Source: Lingula anatina
Lineage: Eukaryota > Animalia > Brachiopoda
Assembly (NCBI GenBank): GCA_051362555.1
Contig: CM120645.1
Span: 22,134,001 to 22,198,000, forward strand
DNA: 64,000 nt
Direction: 5' to 3'
Numbering within the stretch: position 1 is the first letter of the stretch; the number at the start of each line of letters is the position of its first letter. The translations under genes were made by a program, and so were the position numbers. This document shows, one piece after another, positions 63,483 through 64,000 of the stretch. The notes under the pieces are model-generated. The model did no database searches and had not been told where the DNA came from. It saw nothing but the letters and a program-made list of their open reading frames with translations.

Positions 63483-64000
63483 CTGATAAAAAAAAGTATT
63501 ACAACACTGGTACAAGACGGGTAAAGGTTTCAGTATACCAGTGAAATAATAAAAATATCAATTGTACAAGCAAACCAGTTAGGGGACGAGTCGTTGCAGT
63601 ATTCGCAGGTTTCACATTTAAAAGACAATTTTAATTAACATGGTTGTATTCGGCAAGTATTGCCAATTTCAGAACACCAAATGATGCTGATTACAAGCAT
63701 TGTGAGAGTGTGTGTGCTGTATTTTAATACTATTAAAATAGTTTGAGGCATAACCAGATTTATTTTTAATTTCATCATATTTTTTGGAATTAGATACTGG
63801 TATGATTAGAGAATTTTGCAAAATGTTCTCAAATATATTTCGAAGAGCTCACTCTCCAGTAAACAAAAAATGCTGAAGAGTATGCGCTACAGTAAACAAA
63901 GGAAATCAACATCTACTGTAGTCATCTCGCTGCAAGTAGGCTTGCTACTTAAATGTATTCTTTTTGTTTTCTTTTTCTCTCCTTTGCACCACAAAAATGC

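Overview
AT-rich, intron-containing animal DNA, probably from a mollusc or other lophotrochozoan (inferred from the repeat families, not proven). The window is dominated by a cluster of three paralogous genes for large secreted modular proteins. They share a constant C-terminal chassis: TSP1 - 2 CCP/Sushi - a third Cys-rich Sushi-like exon - a ~160-aa unassigned region with a conserved RRA site - GCC2/GCC3 (ephrin-receptor-like) - EGF - 2 cbEGF - atypical C-type lectin. Their N-terminal heads differ. Gene A (+, <1..13667) is 5'-partial. Gene B (-, 19044..25604) is complete, about 808 aa, has a QPD lectin head and has lost the GCC exon. Gene C (-, 46895..>63482) has an EPN lectin, 2 fibronectin type II domains, an insertion-bearing lectin and 4 TSP1 repeats. 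A 3'-end relic of a fourth copy lies at about 27 kb. An intact DNase I gene (+, about 36-46 kb) sits inside the cluster. Signs of active remodelling include phase 1-1 exon gain/loss, a 92-nt identical tract shared by A and C, and a triplicated in-frame splice donor. The rest is transposon-derived: four Tc1 relics, a Gypsy relic with a tRNA-Pro PBS, LINE fragments, a THAP transposon relic, a Sola3-like element with a nested Helentron/HINE carrying a 146-bp satellite, several MITEs and a Penelope-like hammerhead relic. Exon boundaries were read by eye from GT/AG sites and paralog comparison; no expression data or database searches were available.
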